Source: an uncultured bacterium (GTDB lineage Bacteria > Zixibacteria > MSB-5A5 > GN15 > FEB-12). From it: a stretch of 64,000 nt of DNA. The notes below the pieces were generated by a model. It was given only the letters and a program-made list of their open reading frames with translations. It was not told where the DNA came from and did no database searches. Position 1 is the stretch's first letter; each line of letters starts with the position of its first letter. The stretch spans positions 1 through 64,000 of the forward strand of contig CBDVDR010000017.1 in the NCBI GenBank assembly GCA_965372795.1, given 5' to 3'. Positions 19,440 through 29,310 of the stretch are shown piece after piece. The position numbers and the translations under genes were made by a program.

Positions 19440-21245
19440 TTATTTTTTCCCCGGTGTTGTTTTTAAAAGAGATGATGGCACCTGGACTGTCATTTGAAGC
19501 AATGCTTGTGCTAATGTTTTCCCTTGAGGGTCGATCATCAATGACTTGGTTCCGCCTCCGCCAAGGGTCTCTTCAAGCAGAAAATTTAAACCATGCAATA
19601 TATCTAATTCATAGCGAAGTACTTTACCAAAGGTTATCCCTTCAAAGAATTTTTTAACTTTGTCGGCTGTAAGATATTCAACCAGCCAGTTATATATCTC
19701 CGGCGAACGGGCAAGCACTCCAATATTACAGGTGTCCCCTTTGTCACCGGACCTTGCATAACAAAGCTCCTGTAGCTTTACCATTTTCGCTTTTCCAGAA
19801 GGCTTTTTATATTTTTCTCGTTCTTTAGGCTTAAACAATTCGTCCTGTCGTACCGAGCGAACTCTGATCGGAAAAGAGATTTCATGGAAATCCTCTTCAC
19901 CATTCGTGTCAACCACCAATACTTTGGCATTCACCCGACTGCGATGCATCAACGCCGGCCAATAAGCAACGACCATTTGCGGTTTGGGTCGACCTCCGGT
20001 AGTAACAGCCATTCCTGCTGGACCAGACAGAATCAATGTAGACAATGCTTTCCCGAAATCTTTAACTTTATTAACATCTTTATCACGAACTCCAAAACGC
20101 AGCATGATTTCGTTAGTTTCACATTGAGAAAGTTGTTCTGGCCATATTGAACCGGAACCGATCATACTCGTTTGAGTCGCTTCATATTTATGTTTTAATT
20201 TTTCCCAGAAAATATCAGCGATGATCTCAGCTTTCCGCTCAACCTCTGGTCCGCAAACCAAAACGGCGCCGGATGCTTTCCAGCCATCTTCATACGACAT
20301 TGAAACTTTAAGGAAATCTGGTTCCGGTTTTCCTTTGATTCCAAAAACTTTAACTCGGTTGTTCCCTTCATCGGTAAGTTGAATCGTATCAAACCTGGCA
20401 ATGCCATCGGGTGAAATATAATTTGAGGGATCACCCATCTCATAAAAGAGTTGTTCTTTAACCGTTTTTTCAGAAACCATCCCACCGGTATTTTTATGTT
20501 TGGTCACATAGAAATTTCCGGATTTCTCTATCTCGACAATCGGATAACCGATATTATTAAAATTCTTGACCTCGTGCCAGTCGGTGATATTCCCGCCGGT
20601 AGCCTGTGCCCCGCATTCGATCATATGTCCGGCGACAATCCCCGATGCCATCTTATCCCAGTCATCCATCGCCCAGCCAAATTCATAAATCATCGGGGCT
20701 AAGGTTATCCCGGTATCAGTTACCCTTCCGGTAACAATCACCTGGCAGCCAGCTTCAAGAGCTTTCACGACCGGTTCCGCACCAAGATAAATATTTGCCG
20801 ATGAAATTCTTGAACGGACTTTGTAAAAATCTTCTCCGGTTTCCATATTGGAGAATCTCTCTCCCGCGGCAGACAGTTCATAAAGCTGATCAACAATATT
20901 ATCACCGTAAACAACGCCGACTTTCAAATCCAAGCCCATTTTTTTAGCCATCTCAACAATTTTCCGACCCATTCCGATAGGATTTATTCCGCCTGCGGAT
21001 GCAATAACTTTGACTTTCTTTTTACAAATCAGAGGCAGACATTCGGCAAGCTGATCGAGAAAATCAACCGCATACCCAAGTTCAGGATTTTTGGCGCGCT
21101 GCCTTTGAAGGATTGACATCGTAATTTCAGCTAAAAAATCGATCGTTATATAATCAAGCGGACCACCGGTTAGTTGTCTTTTCAATGCTGTTAAATCGTC
21201 TCCCCAATATCCACCCGCGTTTCCAATTCGGATTTTCTTTTTCAA
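19440..21245 (-). CDS. atuA: Acyclic terpene utilisation AtuA-family protein (DUF1446 plus C-terminal domain)
   Basis: [16 protein letters not shown]-x-TM, GH-x-x-ECG-x-[15 protein letters not shown]-x-QGK. Confidence 0.88.
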   Translation of the reverse strand: MKKKIRIGNAGGYWGDDLTALKRQLTGGPLDYITIDFLAEITMSILQRQRAKNPELGYAVDFLDQLAECLPLICKKKVKVIASAGGINPIGMGRKIVEMAKKMGLDLKVGVVYGDNIVDQLYELSAAGERFSNMETGEDFYKVRSRISSANIYLGAEPVVKALEAGCQVIVTGRVTDTGITLAPMIYEFGWAMDDWDKMASGIVAGHMIECGAQATGGNITDWHEVKNFNNIGYPIVEIEKSGNFYVTKHKNTGGMVSEKTVKEQLFYEMGDPSNYISPDGIARFDTIQLTDEGNNRVKVFGIKGKPEPDFLKVSMSYEDGWKASGAVLVCGPEVERKAEIIADIFWEKLKHKYEATQTSMIGSGSIWPEQLSQCETNEIMLRFGVRDKDVNKVKDFGKALSTLILSGPAGMAVTTGGRPKPQMVVAYWPALMHRSRVNAKVLVVDTNGEEDFHEISFPIRVRSVRQDELFKPKEREKYKKPSGKAKMVKLQELCYARSGDKGDTCNIGVLARSPEIYNWLVEYLTADKVKKFFEGITFGKVLRYELDILHGLNFLLEETLGGGGTKSLMIDPQGKTLAQALLQMTVQVPSSLLKTTPGKK

Positions 21246-21354
21246 TTTATAATCCTTTAAATTTTTCCCGATTTATACAGTTATATACCAAGAAGCTAAT
21301 ATATGCCAAAGAGTTGGATTTGTAAAGCAAGGCAGGAAATTGGTCGCAAACCGG

Positions 21355-22404
21355 CTAATCTTCGAGTTCGGCGGTCGTCACCCTTGTAATTTCCTGATAA
21401 ATATTTTCAGTGAATTTAAAACAACCGTCATTTGTCAAATGACATATATCATTAAAATGAATTCCATCCTTGGGAATCAATTGATTTTGATCTACAAACA
21501 GAACCTGATTATGATTTTTAGAAATATTAGATAAAACTTGATTATGAACGCCTAAGCCTTTAATAATATTTTCAAATTGCCCCCATATCTCAATTGGATA
21601 CTGATTGGAACTATATTCAAGAGATTTTTCTGCAAACGATTCAAGAGAATAATTATCCGGAACGAAAGATGCAAAACTCATCATAAGAATCTGTTCATCT
21701 TTCTGTTCAGCCAAATCTATTATACTTTCTAAATTATCTGAAAATGATTCTGCTGTTTTAATATCTGAACCGTACTGAAGCCATTCCTGGCGGGGTTGGT
21801 TCATTTCAATAAACTCTCGACCATTGATGAAATTATTGAACCGATTATAAAACAGTCTCGATACTGCAGGAATTGCAGAATACTCGAGCGATGAACAACC
21901 TGTCAATAAATTGAGTTCGTTATACCAATCATAGTGTGAGTAATCTGTTTGAAATATATCCGGCGGACAATTGTTCGCCCGTAATTCGTTGATACCATGA
22001 TAAAGAACAACAAGATCAAAATTTATATTAATTAGTTGCGAATATTTATAGTAGCTGTCCAAAGATGTATGTGCCCGTTCGGCAAGATTAAATATTTCAA
22101 CATACTTACCGGTCGCTTCAGAAAGCATCTTCCCCATCGCAATTTGAATGTTCCCAAAATCATTATTCATCACCGAACCGCCCAGCAAAAGCACTTTATA
22201 TGCATCTTTTGGTGATCGGTTTATCCCCCGCTTGATATGTTTTAATTCAGGATAATACTTATAGATGTAATCTATTGGAGTTATAAAAGATGTTTCATAT
22301 TTCTGGACAAAGTAAACACGGGAAAGAATCTCTATCAAAAACAGAAAATAGATTGCAATTAAAAAATAAAAAATCGGCTTCCGCTGCCTCGTCTTAATCT
22401 CCAC
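21355..22404 (-). CDS. Membrane-anchored SGNH/GDSL hydrolase
   Basis: LGGSV, YHGINE and FNDICH blocks, N-terminal TM. Confidence 0.75.
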   Translation of the reverse strand: MEIKTRQRKPIFYFLIAIYFLFLIEILSRVYFVQKYETSFITPIDYIYKYYPELKHIKRGINRSPKDAYKVLLLGGSVMNNDFGNIQIAMGKMLSEATGKYVEIFNLAERAHTSLDSYYKYSQLININFDLVVLYHGINELRANNCPPDIFQTDYSHYDWYNELNLLTGCSSLEYSAIPAVSRLFYNRFNNFINGREFIEMNQPRQEWLQYGSDIKTAESFSDNLESIIDLAEQKDEQILMMSFASFVPDNYSLESFAEKSLEYSSNQYPIEIWGQFENIIKGLGVHNQVLSNISKNHNQVLFVDQNQLIPKDGIHFNDICHLTNDGCFKFTENIYQEITRVTTAELED

Positions 22405-22522
22405 TATTCCCCTCGATTATATGTAGCAAGTTCATCCTGAAGCTTGCGGTATATTTATTTGAAAAAGTTACAATGCGATCACTTAGTTGTCAACAATGTG
22501 GTTAATAATATTTCGAAATATT

Positions 22523-23572
22523 CTATTGATTGGACAACTCAATAACTTCCAATAGATTATCGACAAACTTCACACACCCCGAATCTGTTAAATGGCAGGC
22601 ATCGTTAAAATATAGTTTCCGCTTCGGGATTAAAAGATTTTGATCAACATAAAATGTCTGTGGATTTTCCAGATGAAGCGATGCTATTACTTGGTTATGC
22701 TCTTTCAACCCTCGCCTGACATTCCCCGGATGGCCCCAAATTTCTACCGGATACTTATTGTCGCTATACTCAAGAGCCAATTTCTTAAAATCACTCAAGT
22801 TATAACTTAACGGGAGATAAAAAGCATAAGACGCAAGAACCAATTTTTCAGTTTTCGACTCAGCCAAATCAATTATCTTTTTATAATTTATAGCAAAGGC
22901 TTCTGCTGTCTTAATTGTAAAACCAAACTTCAGCCATTCATCTTTAATATAACTCGGGTCAAAAACTTCTTTCCTGCCGGAACTATGAAGATACTGCGCG
23001 TAAATCAACTTAAACGCTATCGGCAAAGTCAGCAAATTATTAAACGTATCAGTACTCAATGTATTCAGTTCGGCATACCAGCCATAATGACTATAATCCA
23101 ATTTAAATAATTCCGGCGGACAATTGTTGGCGCGAAGCTCATTAATCCCATGATACAAAATCACCAGATCAAATTTATAATCTTCCAACAGTTTATATTT
23201 ATAATAACTGTCTAAACTTGTATGAGCCATCTCGGCCAGATTAAAAAGCTTTACTGTTTTACCTAATGAATTGCTCAGCCTCTGTTCTAAAACTTCCCCA
23301 ATACTTCCAAACTCCGGATTCAATACCGACCCGCCCAGCATCAAAACTTTATACTCAGCCTCAGAATTTTGATTTTCTTCTTCAACCTCTAGTAATTCAG
23401 GATAAAAATGATAGATCGAATCTGTCGGTGCGATAAAACTTGCATCATATCGGATTACAAAATAAACCCGCGAAAGAATTTCAAGCAACACCAGACAATA
23501 AATTGCAAATATTAAATATTTACCATATCTCTTGATTGAGCTGTTCTTATATTCAATTGGTCGAGTTTTCAT
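22523..23572 (-). CDS. Membrane-anchored SGNH/GDSL hydrolase (tandem paralog)
   Basis: LGGSV, YHGINELRANNCPP (identical in the neighbour), FNDACH. Confidence 0.75.
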   Translation of the reverse strand: MKTRPIEYKNSSIKRYGKYLIFAIYCLVLLEILSRVYFVIRYDASFIAPTDSIYHFYPELLEVEEENQNSEAEYKVLMLGGSVLNPEFGSIGEVLEQRLSNSLGKTVKLFNLAEMAHTSLDSYYKYKLLEDYKFDLVILYHGINELRANNCPPELFKLDYSHYGWYAELNTLSTDTFNNLLTLPIAFKLIYAQYLHSSGRKEVFDPSYIKDEWLKFGFTIKTAEAFAINYKKIIDLAESKTEKLVLASYAFYLPLSYNLSDFKKLALEYSDNKYPVEIWGHPGNVRRGLKEHNQVIASLHLENPQTFYVDQNLLIPKRKLYFNDACHLTDSGCVKFVDNLLEVIELSNQ

Positions 23573-23620
23573 ATCTATGAAGTTAATATATTATTATTTC
23601 AATCCATGTCAACTTTAACC

Positions 23621-23690
23621 CACACACTTCGTGTGTCTATTTTTCGTGTGTCTATTTTTCGTGTGCCTATTTTTCGTGTGTCCATTTTTT
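23621..23690. repeat. 15-bp tandem repeat (~4 copies) attached to a CACAC-TTC-GTGTG palindrome
   Basis: Unit TTTTCGTGTGTCTAT with variants ...GCCTAT and ...GTCCAT. Confidence 0.85.
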
Positions 23691-23722
23691 GTAAGTAATT
23701 ATTAAACCATATTGAACCATAC

Positions 23723-23751
23723 TTGACAGAATGAGTTATTTTTTATATTCT
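23723..23751 (+). promoter_or_regulatory. Putative sigma70 promoter of cysK
   Basis: TTGACA-N17-TATTCT about 40 bp upstream of the start. Confidence 0.5.
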
Positions 23752-23792
23752 AATAATGGAGCAAAAATCTTTCATTTAAACAAGGGATTCAA

Positions 23793-24896
23793 ATGGATAA
23801 ATCTACCCAGCGCAGACTTCAATCTTTGTCATTTTTGGTAGGAAACACTCCCCTTTTAGATATTTCATTTAATTATAACGGCACAAAAAGGCATATCTAT
23901 GCCAAAGCTGAGAATTTAAACATGACCGGCTCCATCAAAGACCGCATGGCGCTTCATATTCTCAAAAGAGCCTACGCCGAGGGACGACTCAAACCCGGCG
24001 ATACCATTATCGAGGCTACCAGCGGAAACACCGGCATCTCGTTTGCAAGTATCGGTCGTGCGATGGGTCATCCGGTTACTATATTCATGCCGGACTGGAT
24101 GAGTCGCGAACGGGTCGATCTGATTCAAAGCCTAGGCGCCACAATCAGACCGGTCACCCGTGATGAAGGCGGCTTTGTCGGAAGTATCAAAATGTCAGAA
24201 GAACTCGCTTTGCAATCTGAAAACAATTTCCTGCCTTGCCAGTTCTCCAATAACGACAATGTCGAAGCCCATTACGAAACAACTGCTCCGGAACTTTGGT
24301 GGCAGTTGCGATTCCATGATAAAACCCCTGATGCTTTTGTTGCCGGAGTCGGCACCGGCGGAACCATTATGGGGATTGGCAAATTCTTAAAAGAACAAAA
24401 CCCGGGTATCCGTGTTCATGCTATGGAGCCGGCAAGTTCCCCCACTCTTCGAATCGGTAAAAAAGTTGGTTCGCATCGGATTCAGGGAATTTCCGATGAA
24501 TTTATTCCTGCGATTTTAAATTTGAATGACCTTGATGATATAATAGATGTCCATGACGGCGACGCTATTATTATGGCGCAGAAACTTTCTGCCGAACTTG
24601 GTTTGGCGGTTGGTATTTCTTCCGGTGCAAATTTCCTTGCCGCCTTGTTAGTACAGGATCAGATTGCCCCGGATGCGATAGTTGTTACGATTTTCCCGGA
24701 TGATAATAAAAAATACTTAAGCACCGATTTACTTCGCGTGGAACCGATCAAATCAGATTACCTCTCCCCTTCGATTGAACTGTTTGATTTCAATTCCTTT
24801 AAACGCACTTGCCATACTTGTTGTGATTACCATTATTGCACCCAAAAAATAGTCCCCATCGAATCAGACATTGAGGCGATCAAACATACCCACTAA
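23793..24896 (+). CDS. cysK: PLP-dependent cysteine synthase family protein
   Basis: [45 protein letters not shown], plus a Cys-rich C-terminal tail. Confidence 0.9.
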   Translation: MDKSTQRRLQSLSFLVGNTPLLDISFNYNGTKRHIYAKAENLNMTGSIKDRMALHILKRAYAEGRLKPGDTIIEATSGNTGISFASIGRAMGHPVTIFMPDWMSRERVDLIQSLGATIRPVTRDEGGFVGSIKMSEELALQSENNFLPCQFSNNDNVEAHYETTAPELWWQLRFHDKTPDAFVAGVGTGGTIMGIGKFLKEQNPGIRVHAMEPASSPTLRIGKKVGSHRIQGISDEFIPAILNLNDLDDIIDVHDGDAIIMAQKLSAELGLAVGISSGANFLAALLVQDQIAPDAIVVTIFPDDNKKYLSTDLLRVEPIKSDYLSPSIELFDFNSFKRTCHTCCDYHYCTQKIVPIESDIEAIKHTH

Positions 24897-24912
24897 ATTC
24901 TTATTAGCACAA

Positions 24913-25052
24913 GTAGGGCAGTGATCCCTGTGATCCTGCCATTTATGATTTCTTTCATGTTCTGTTGGGTCCTGATTTACCAAAGGTAAATTGTGACCCG
25001 ACAGCACAAGTAGGGCAGGTCTCAACCAACCCTCGGTTGATAAAAACCTGCC
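24913..25052 (+). repeat. Cluster of REP-like palindromes
   Basis: GTAGGGCAGTGATCCCTGTGATCCTGCC (24913), CTGTTGGGTC..GACCCGACAG hairpin (24962-25004), GTAGGGCAGGT..ACCTGCC plus T-run (25010). Confidence 0.75.
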
Positions 25053-25127
25053 TTTTTTTTTGAATTCGAATACAAATTTCCGTATAAAAAACAACAATGA
25101 TAATTAATAACATGAAAGGATATTATT

Positions 25128-25961
25128 ATGGAATTTGATAACATTTTAGAAAAACTAATTGAGTGGGGTGCACTATACGGCACCAAAATTATCGGTGCCT
25201 TTGTAATTTTAGTCATTGGGAGAATTGTTACAGGAATAATTTCAAAACTTGTTCATCGACTTATGGTAAAATCAAGTTTGGATAATGCTCTGGTACAATT
25301 TGCTACAACTCTGACAAGAATCACGATGTTAACTTTTGTAGTTCTGGCTGCGTTAAGCTCACTTGGGGTTGAAACAACTTCTTTTATTGCTATATTGGGT
25401 GCTGCCGGTTTAGCGATTGGTTTTGCTCTGCAGGGATCGTTATCTAATTTTGCTTCGGGAATCATGTTGATTATTTTCCAACCCTTCAAAAGTGAAGACT
25501 TAGTTGAAGCTGGAGGGCATCTTGGGGTTGTAAGAGAAATTAATGTTTTTCATACTGTCATAATTTCATTGGATAATAAAAGAATTATAATACCTAACGG
25601 TAAAATTACAGGTGATAGCATTATAAATTATTCAGCTGAAGGATCTCTTCGTGTTGATATGGTTTTTGGTATCGCATATCATGATAATATCAGCAAAGCA
25701 AAAGGTATATTGGAAGACATCTTAAAAGCTGACGGCCGTGTTTTAGACGATCCGCCATTTACGGTTGTGGTAAAAGAACTGGGAAACAGTTCGGTTGATT
25801 TTGCAGTCAGACCGTTTGTTAAAGTTGCAGACTACTGGGCTGTGTATTATGATACAACCGAAAAGGTGAAAAAGGCTTTTGACGAAAAAGGTGTTACGAT
25901 ACCATTCCCTCAACGCGATGTTCATTTTTACAAAGATTCAACCGAACCAATTTTGGAATAA
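25128..25961 (+). CDS. mscS: Small-conductance mechanosensitive channel
   Basis: GAAGLAIGFALQGSLSNFASG, IPNG, IPFPQRDV. Confidence 0.95.
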   Translation: MEFDNILEKLIEWGALYGTKIIGAFVILVIGRIVTGIISKLVHRLMVKSSLDNALVQFATTLTRITMLTFVVLAALSSLGVETTSFIAILGAAGLAIGFALQGSLSNFASGIMLIIFQPFKSEDLVEAGGHLGVVREINVFHTVIISLDNKRIIIPNGKITGDSIINYSAEGSLRVDMVFGIAYHDNISKAKGILEDILKADGRVLDDPPFTVVVKELGNSSVDFAVRPFVKVADYWAVYYDTTEKVKKAFDEKGVTIPFPQRDVHFYKDSTEPILE

Positions 25962-25962
25962 T

Positions 25963-26080
25963 AGCCCGTAGGGCAGGACTCTTTAGCAGTTTTGCCAATC
26001 AGCCCGTAGGTCAGGTCTCTTTAGCAGTTCTGCCAATCAGCCCGTAGGTCAGGTCTCTCTTCTCTTGGAGACCTGATCTG
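25963..26080 (+). repeat. Tandem REP-like units (38-bp period, 3 copies)
   Basis: AGCCCGTAGG(G/T)CAGG.. at 25963, 26001 and 26039. The third copy is the GGTCTC..GAGACC type also found at 26338 and 43761. Confidence 0.85.
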
Positions 26081-26094
26081 CATACTGTATTTTT

Positions 26095-26282
26095 CATAAA
26101 ATAAATCATTTTCTTCTAAAAAAATCCGTGTAACTCTTTAATTTATTTAGCAATACAGCGAAATGGGTTCGTTTCAACACTTCGTGTTTTTGACTCTGGC
26201 GAAACTTGCATACATGGAGTGATTTTCAAAATGGGTTCGTTTCCTCATTTTTATACTTGCGTATACTTCGAATGTTCTTGAT
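26095..26282 (-). repeat. Dispersed non-coding element, copy A
   Basis: Reverse complement aligns by eye to 48020-48265. Contains two exact AAACGAACCCATTT (minus strand, 26161-26174 and 26229-26242) and CAAGTTTCGCCAGAG. Confidence 0.8.
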
Positions 26283-26334
26283 ACCGTAAATATTGTTTTC
26301 AAATACATTCTTATTTTTTATTTGAAATAAAACT

Positions 26335-26635
26335 CCCGTAGGTCAGGTCTCTCTTGGCTTCGAGACCTGATCTGCATCCTGTATTCTCAAAGTATAGTTT
26401 CTTAGTTTTTCTCATAATTTTAGACATAACTTACCGTTCCTCTTTTCATAGAGAGGTATGAATTCTTATTCACTAATGAAATGATGTTGAATTTGTAAGT
26501 GAGTGAAGGAAGATTTCTTCGTAGGGTTCAGGCATGCCTGAACCATTTTGTGGGCGGCAGACGCCAACCACACCTCGTGTGCTCGTCTGCCCCATCTTCA
26601 CAATAATCGGGTGCCCCACTCCTTGGGGTGGGTTT
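26335..26635 (+). repeat. REP-like palindrome cluster
   Basis: GTAGGTCAGGTCTC..GAGACCTGA (26338), GTAGGGTTCAGGCATGCCTGAACC (26521), GTGGGCGGCAGACG..CGTCTGCCCC (26550), GGGTGCCCCACTCCTTGGGGTGGG (26609). Confidence 0.8.
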
Positions 26636-26860
26636 CTATTCATCTTAACCAACTGAACACATCAGTACTATCTAGACATACTCTACTTCTACTTGATATG
26701 AATATATTAATAATTATTGACAAAAAATTTCAACATTATATCTTAATATTGAAACACGCACATCATAGTAGTCACATTTAAAGCTTGATTGACATAAACC
26801 TAACTTAAGAGTTGTCTTTTGAAAAGATTGTAATTCAACACTTTCAATAGTGGAGGAGAT

Positions 26861-28216
26861 ATGTTAAATATTTCGGAATGTCAATCAGATCTCAATGAAG
26901 AAGAAATATTACAATGTCACTCAGAACTCATAGAGGACCTAAACTTTTTCCAAAGCACAGAATTTACAACCAAATTTCGCGATAATTTTAATTTAAAAAA
27001 ACTTACACGAAAAAAGGGTATTAATGATCTGCAGAATAGAATTTCGAATTTCAGTTCAGAACCTTATTGTCATCAATTGTACTCATACATTGATGAATTA
27101 AGGATGTGGGGCAAACAACAAATTTTTTTATATAAATTTAAACCTGCTGATAAAAATGACACCTTTCTAAATGAGCTCTCCAAACCGGCATATATTCAAG
27201 AAAATTTAAAGAATAAAAACGTCGAAAATGTATTTGAAAATAATATTTGTTACTTAAAATCTGAAAAGCCTATTTTGGCTCATGTATATTACGAAAACAA
27301 AAATAATAAAACTGTTAAATTGATATTCAAATGGATAATGACTCGCAAGTACTTTAAACTTGTTGGTAAAACGTATATGCCAAGAGAAATACGATCGACC
27401 AGTTTTTTTGTTGTAAATTTGCTTGATGGCTTCGCAGAAATACGTCTACAACAATTACCACCCAACCCAAATTTGAATCCGATGCAAGAACGCGATATGT
27501 ATATAAAAGAAATTAACAAATATATCGACTTTCATAAATTTTCGTTGATAGAACTTAAACCGATTATGGAAATAATTCTGAAAAAAGCAATCTTTACAAA
27601 TAAAGCTGTAAATATTGTAAGTAGTAATAAGCCAGGTCATTTAATTTTTAAAAATTTATTTCCACGGTTTTACAAACACCCTGTTGCTAATAGTGTTTCA
27701 GCATATTGGACTTGTAAACAGGACATTATAGGTAAATCAAAAATTAATTTTACATTATTTAGAGAAAGTAACAGCATTAAATTAACGGGTGTAGTTGATC
27801 CTAAAAAATTAAATAAAATTTTAAATAAAATTTATGAAATCCATGAAGGTAATACTGATCCAATCGATCATATTCCATTTATAAGAAATGGTATTGTAGG
27901 TACAACGCTTAAACTTGTAGAAAATAAAGAAAAAACTGAGACTGTCCTGGTAACAACAGGGAGCCTCGGCGCATTTCTAATTTGGACTTTATGGGAGTTT
28001 TTGGTTGAATATATTAACCTTAAATTAACAGAACAGATTACTTGGCTCGATACAAATTATACTAAAAGTGTTGTAGAAATTTCATATATAATATTGTACT
28101 ATGGAATTGACCGGATTATTCTTAGCATAAAATTTCTATTTATTCAAAGTCCTTTTAAGCTCATAAAGTTGATTGCGGATTCAAAAAATAAGAAGATTAC
28201 AGATTTGAGAACATAA
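26861..28216 (+). CDS. Hypothetical protein (AT-rich orphan, C-terminal hydrophobic segments)
   Basis: 451-aa ORF, GGAGGAG SD, no recognised family, flanked by direct repeats. Confidence 0.75.
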   Translation: MLNISECQSDLNEEEILQCHSELIEDLNFFQSTEFTTKFRDNFNLKKLTRKKGINDLQNRISNFSSEPYCHQLYSYIDELRMWGKQQIFLYKFKPADKNDTFLNELSKPAYIQENLKNKNVENVFENNICYLKSEKPILAHVYYENKNNKTVKLIFKWIMTRKYFKLVGKTYMPREIRSTSFFVVNLLDGFAEIRLQQLPPNPNLNPMQERDMYIKEINKYIDFHKFSLIELKPIMEIILKKAIFTNKAVNIVSSNKPGHLIFKNLFPRFYKHPVANSVSAYWTCKQDIIGKSKINFTLFRESNSIKLTGVVDPKKLNKILNKIYEIHEGNTDPIDHIPFIRNGIVGTTLKLVENKEKTETVLVTTGSLGAFLIWTLWEFLVEYINLKLTEQITWLDTNYTKSVVEISYIILYYGIDRIILSIKFLFIQSPFKLIKLIADSKNKKITDLRT

Positions 28217-28348
28217 GATTATTGTTTAAGAGAACAGAAAAGATGGGACATTGCCATACAAAATGATTTGTCACTATAATAGTTTTACTGATCCGTTTGA
28301 TGTATCCGACAAACCATGCGTTTAAGCAACTACATACCATTGTCCCAA

Positions 28349-28375
28349 GGGTGCCCCACTCCTTGGGGTGGGTTT
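28349..28375 (+). repeat. Palindromic repeat identical to 26609..26635
   Basis: GGGTGCCCCACTCCTTGGGGTGGGTTT, exact 27-bp copy. Confidence 0.9.
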
Positions 28376-28379
28376 ATGT

Positions 28380-28616
28380 TCATCTCAACCAATAAATCAC
28401 ATTCAATATCGACCCCACCGCAAACAACACCCACGCCAATCGAAACAAGTTGTAACCAAGCGGAGTAAACATCGCTTTATGCTTTTTCATGTTTTGCATG
28501 TCAAGCTTCACTGTCTCTCCGGGTGGATTATCCATTTTAAGTTTGTGGGTTGATACTGCCATCAGAATGAAGGCACAGAACCAGCATAATAGTGCGAGCA
28601 CGAGAAGTATTTCCAT
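28380..28616 (-). CDS. Small two-TM hypothetical protein
   Basis: 78 aa, two hydrophobic helices, AGAGGA SD. Confidence 0.6.
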   Translation of the reverse strand: MEILLVLALLCWFCAFILMAVSTHKLKMDNPPGETVKLDMQNMKKHKAMFTPLGYNLFRLAWVLFAVGSILNVIYWLR

Positions 28617-28656
28617 CGTCAGTCCTCTTTATAAATCCTGCGTTTATTTAAGTTTG

Positions 28657-29217
28657 TTATAAAATAGTATCTACATCATTAATAAAAAGCCTAAGAATAT
28701 CCCCTTTGTTTAATCCTTTATTTGAATGCCCTAAATCTTTCCTTATTGCAAACAATAACTCTTCTAAACTTAGTAGCAGTAATGGACTTTTGGGATCAGT
28801 TGCTGTTATTGTAGTTTGTCTAAATGCAACGAATGAATTTACAACTTGATCACCACCCCAAGGTATTAACTCTTGCATAAAACCTACTAAAAATGCTATA
28901 ATTTCTTCATTTGTTTTTTTCTTTTCCTTTAACTCACCTGCAAATAAAGTATCAAATATAAAGTATATAAATTTTGTATAAATATCTCTTTTTTTCTCAC
29001 TTTGCTCTTCTCTGATTATTTTTTTCTTCTCATATAAATTTGCAATTATTAATGAAAATACAGAAATCATTATTGTTCCACTAACTGCCACTACTGCGAT
29101 AACTATATCATTATTCATACTCAAAATTTTATCTAAAACTAATTCGATTATTTTATAAATAAAGAATCCTGAAATTATTACAACAATAAGACTAAAAAAC
29201 ATACTACTATTTTTCAT
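28657..29217 (-). CDS. Hypothetical membrane protein (two N-terminal TMs)
   Basis: 186 aa, AT-rich, C-terminal IRKDLGH motif, AAGGA SD. Confidence 0.7.
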   Translation of the reverse strand: MKNSSMFFSLIVVIISGFFIYKIIELVLDKILSMNNDIVIAVVAVSGTIMISVFSLIIANLYEKKKIIREEQSEKKRDIYTKFIYFIFDTLFAGELKEKKKTNEEIIAFLVGFMQELIPWGGDQVVNSFVAFRQTTITATDPKSPLLLLSLEELLFAIRKDLGHSNKGLNKGDILRLFINDVDTIL

Positions 29218-29240
29218 AAATCCATCCTTCTATTAAAATT

Positions 29241-29305
29241 TGAGCAGGTTAGAAGCCCTACGCTCACGACAATTGTTTGGCAGCATCACAGGGATGCCGC
29301 CCTAC
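29241..29305. repeat. REP-like palindromes downstream of the KAP NTPase
   Basis: Minus-strand GTAGGGCGGCATCCCTGTGATGCTGCC (29279-29305, same family as 24913 and 43431) and TGAGCAGGTTAG..GCTCACGACA (family of 43300 and 43490). Confidence 0.75.
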
Positions 29306-29310
29306 TTGAA

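Noticed and set aside
25963..26080. 38-bp repeats as a CRISPR array
   Set aside because: Units are head-to-tail with no unique spacers, belong to REP-like families seen elsewhere, and no cas genes are present.
26548..26781. 77-aa ORF (and the similar 60-aa ORF at 43185)
   Set aside because: Their shared WAAD-x-NHTSCARLPH is translated REP sequence, not a protein family.
28243..28348. TGGGACA..TGTCCCA inverted repeat as a MITE
   Set aside because: Only a 7-bp perfect match, no target duplication, single occurrence in the window.
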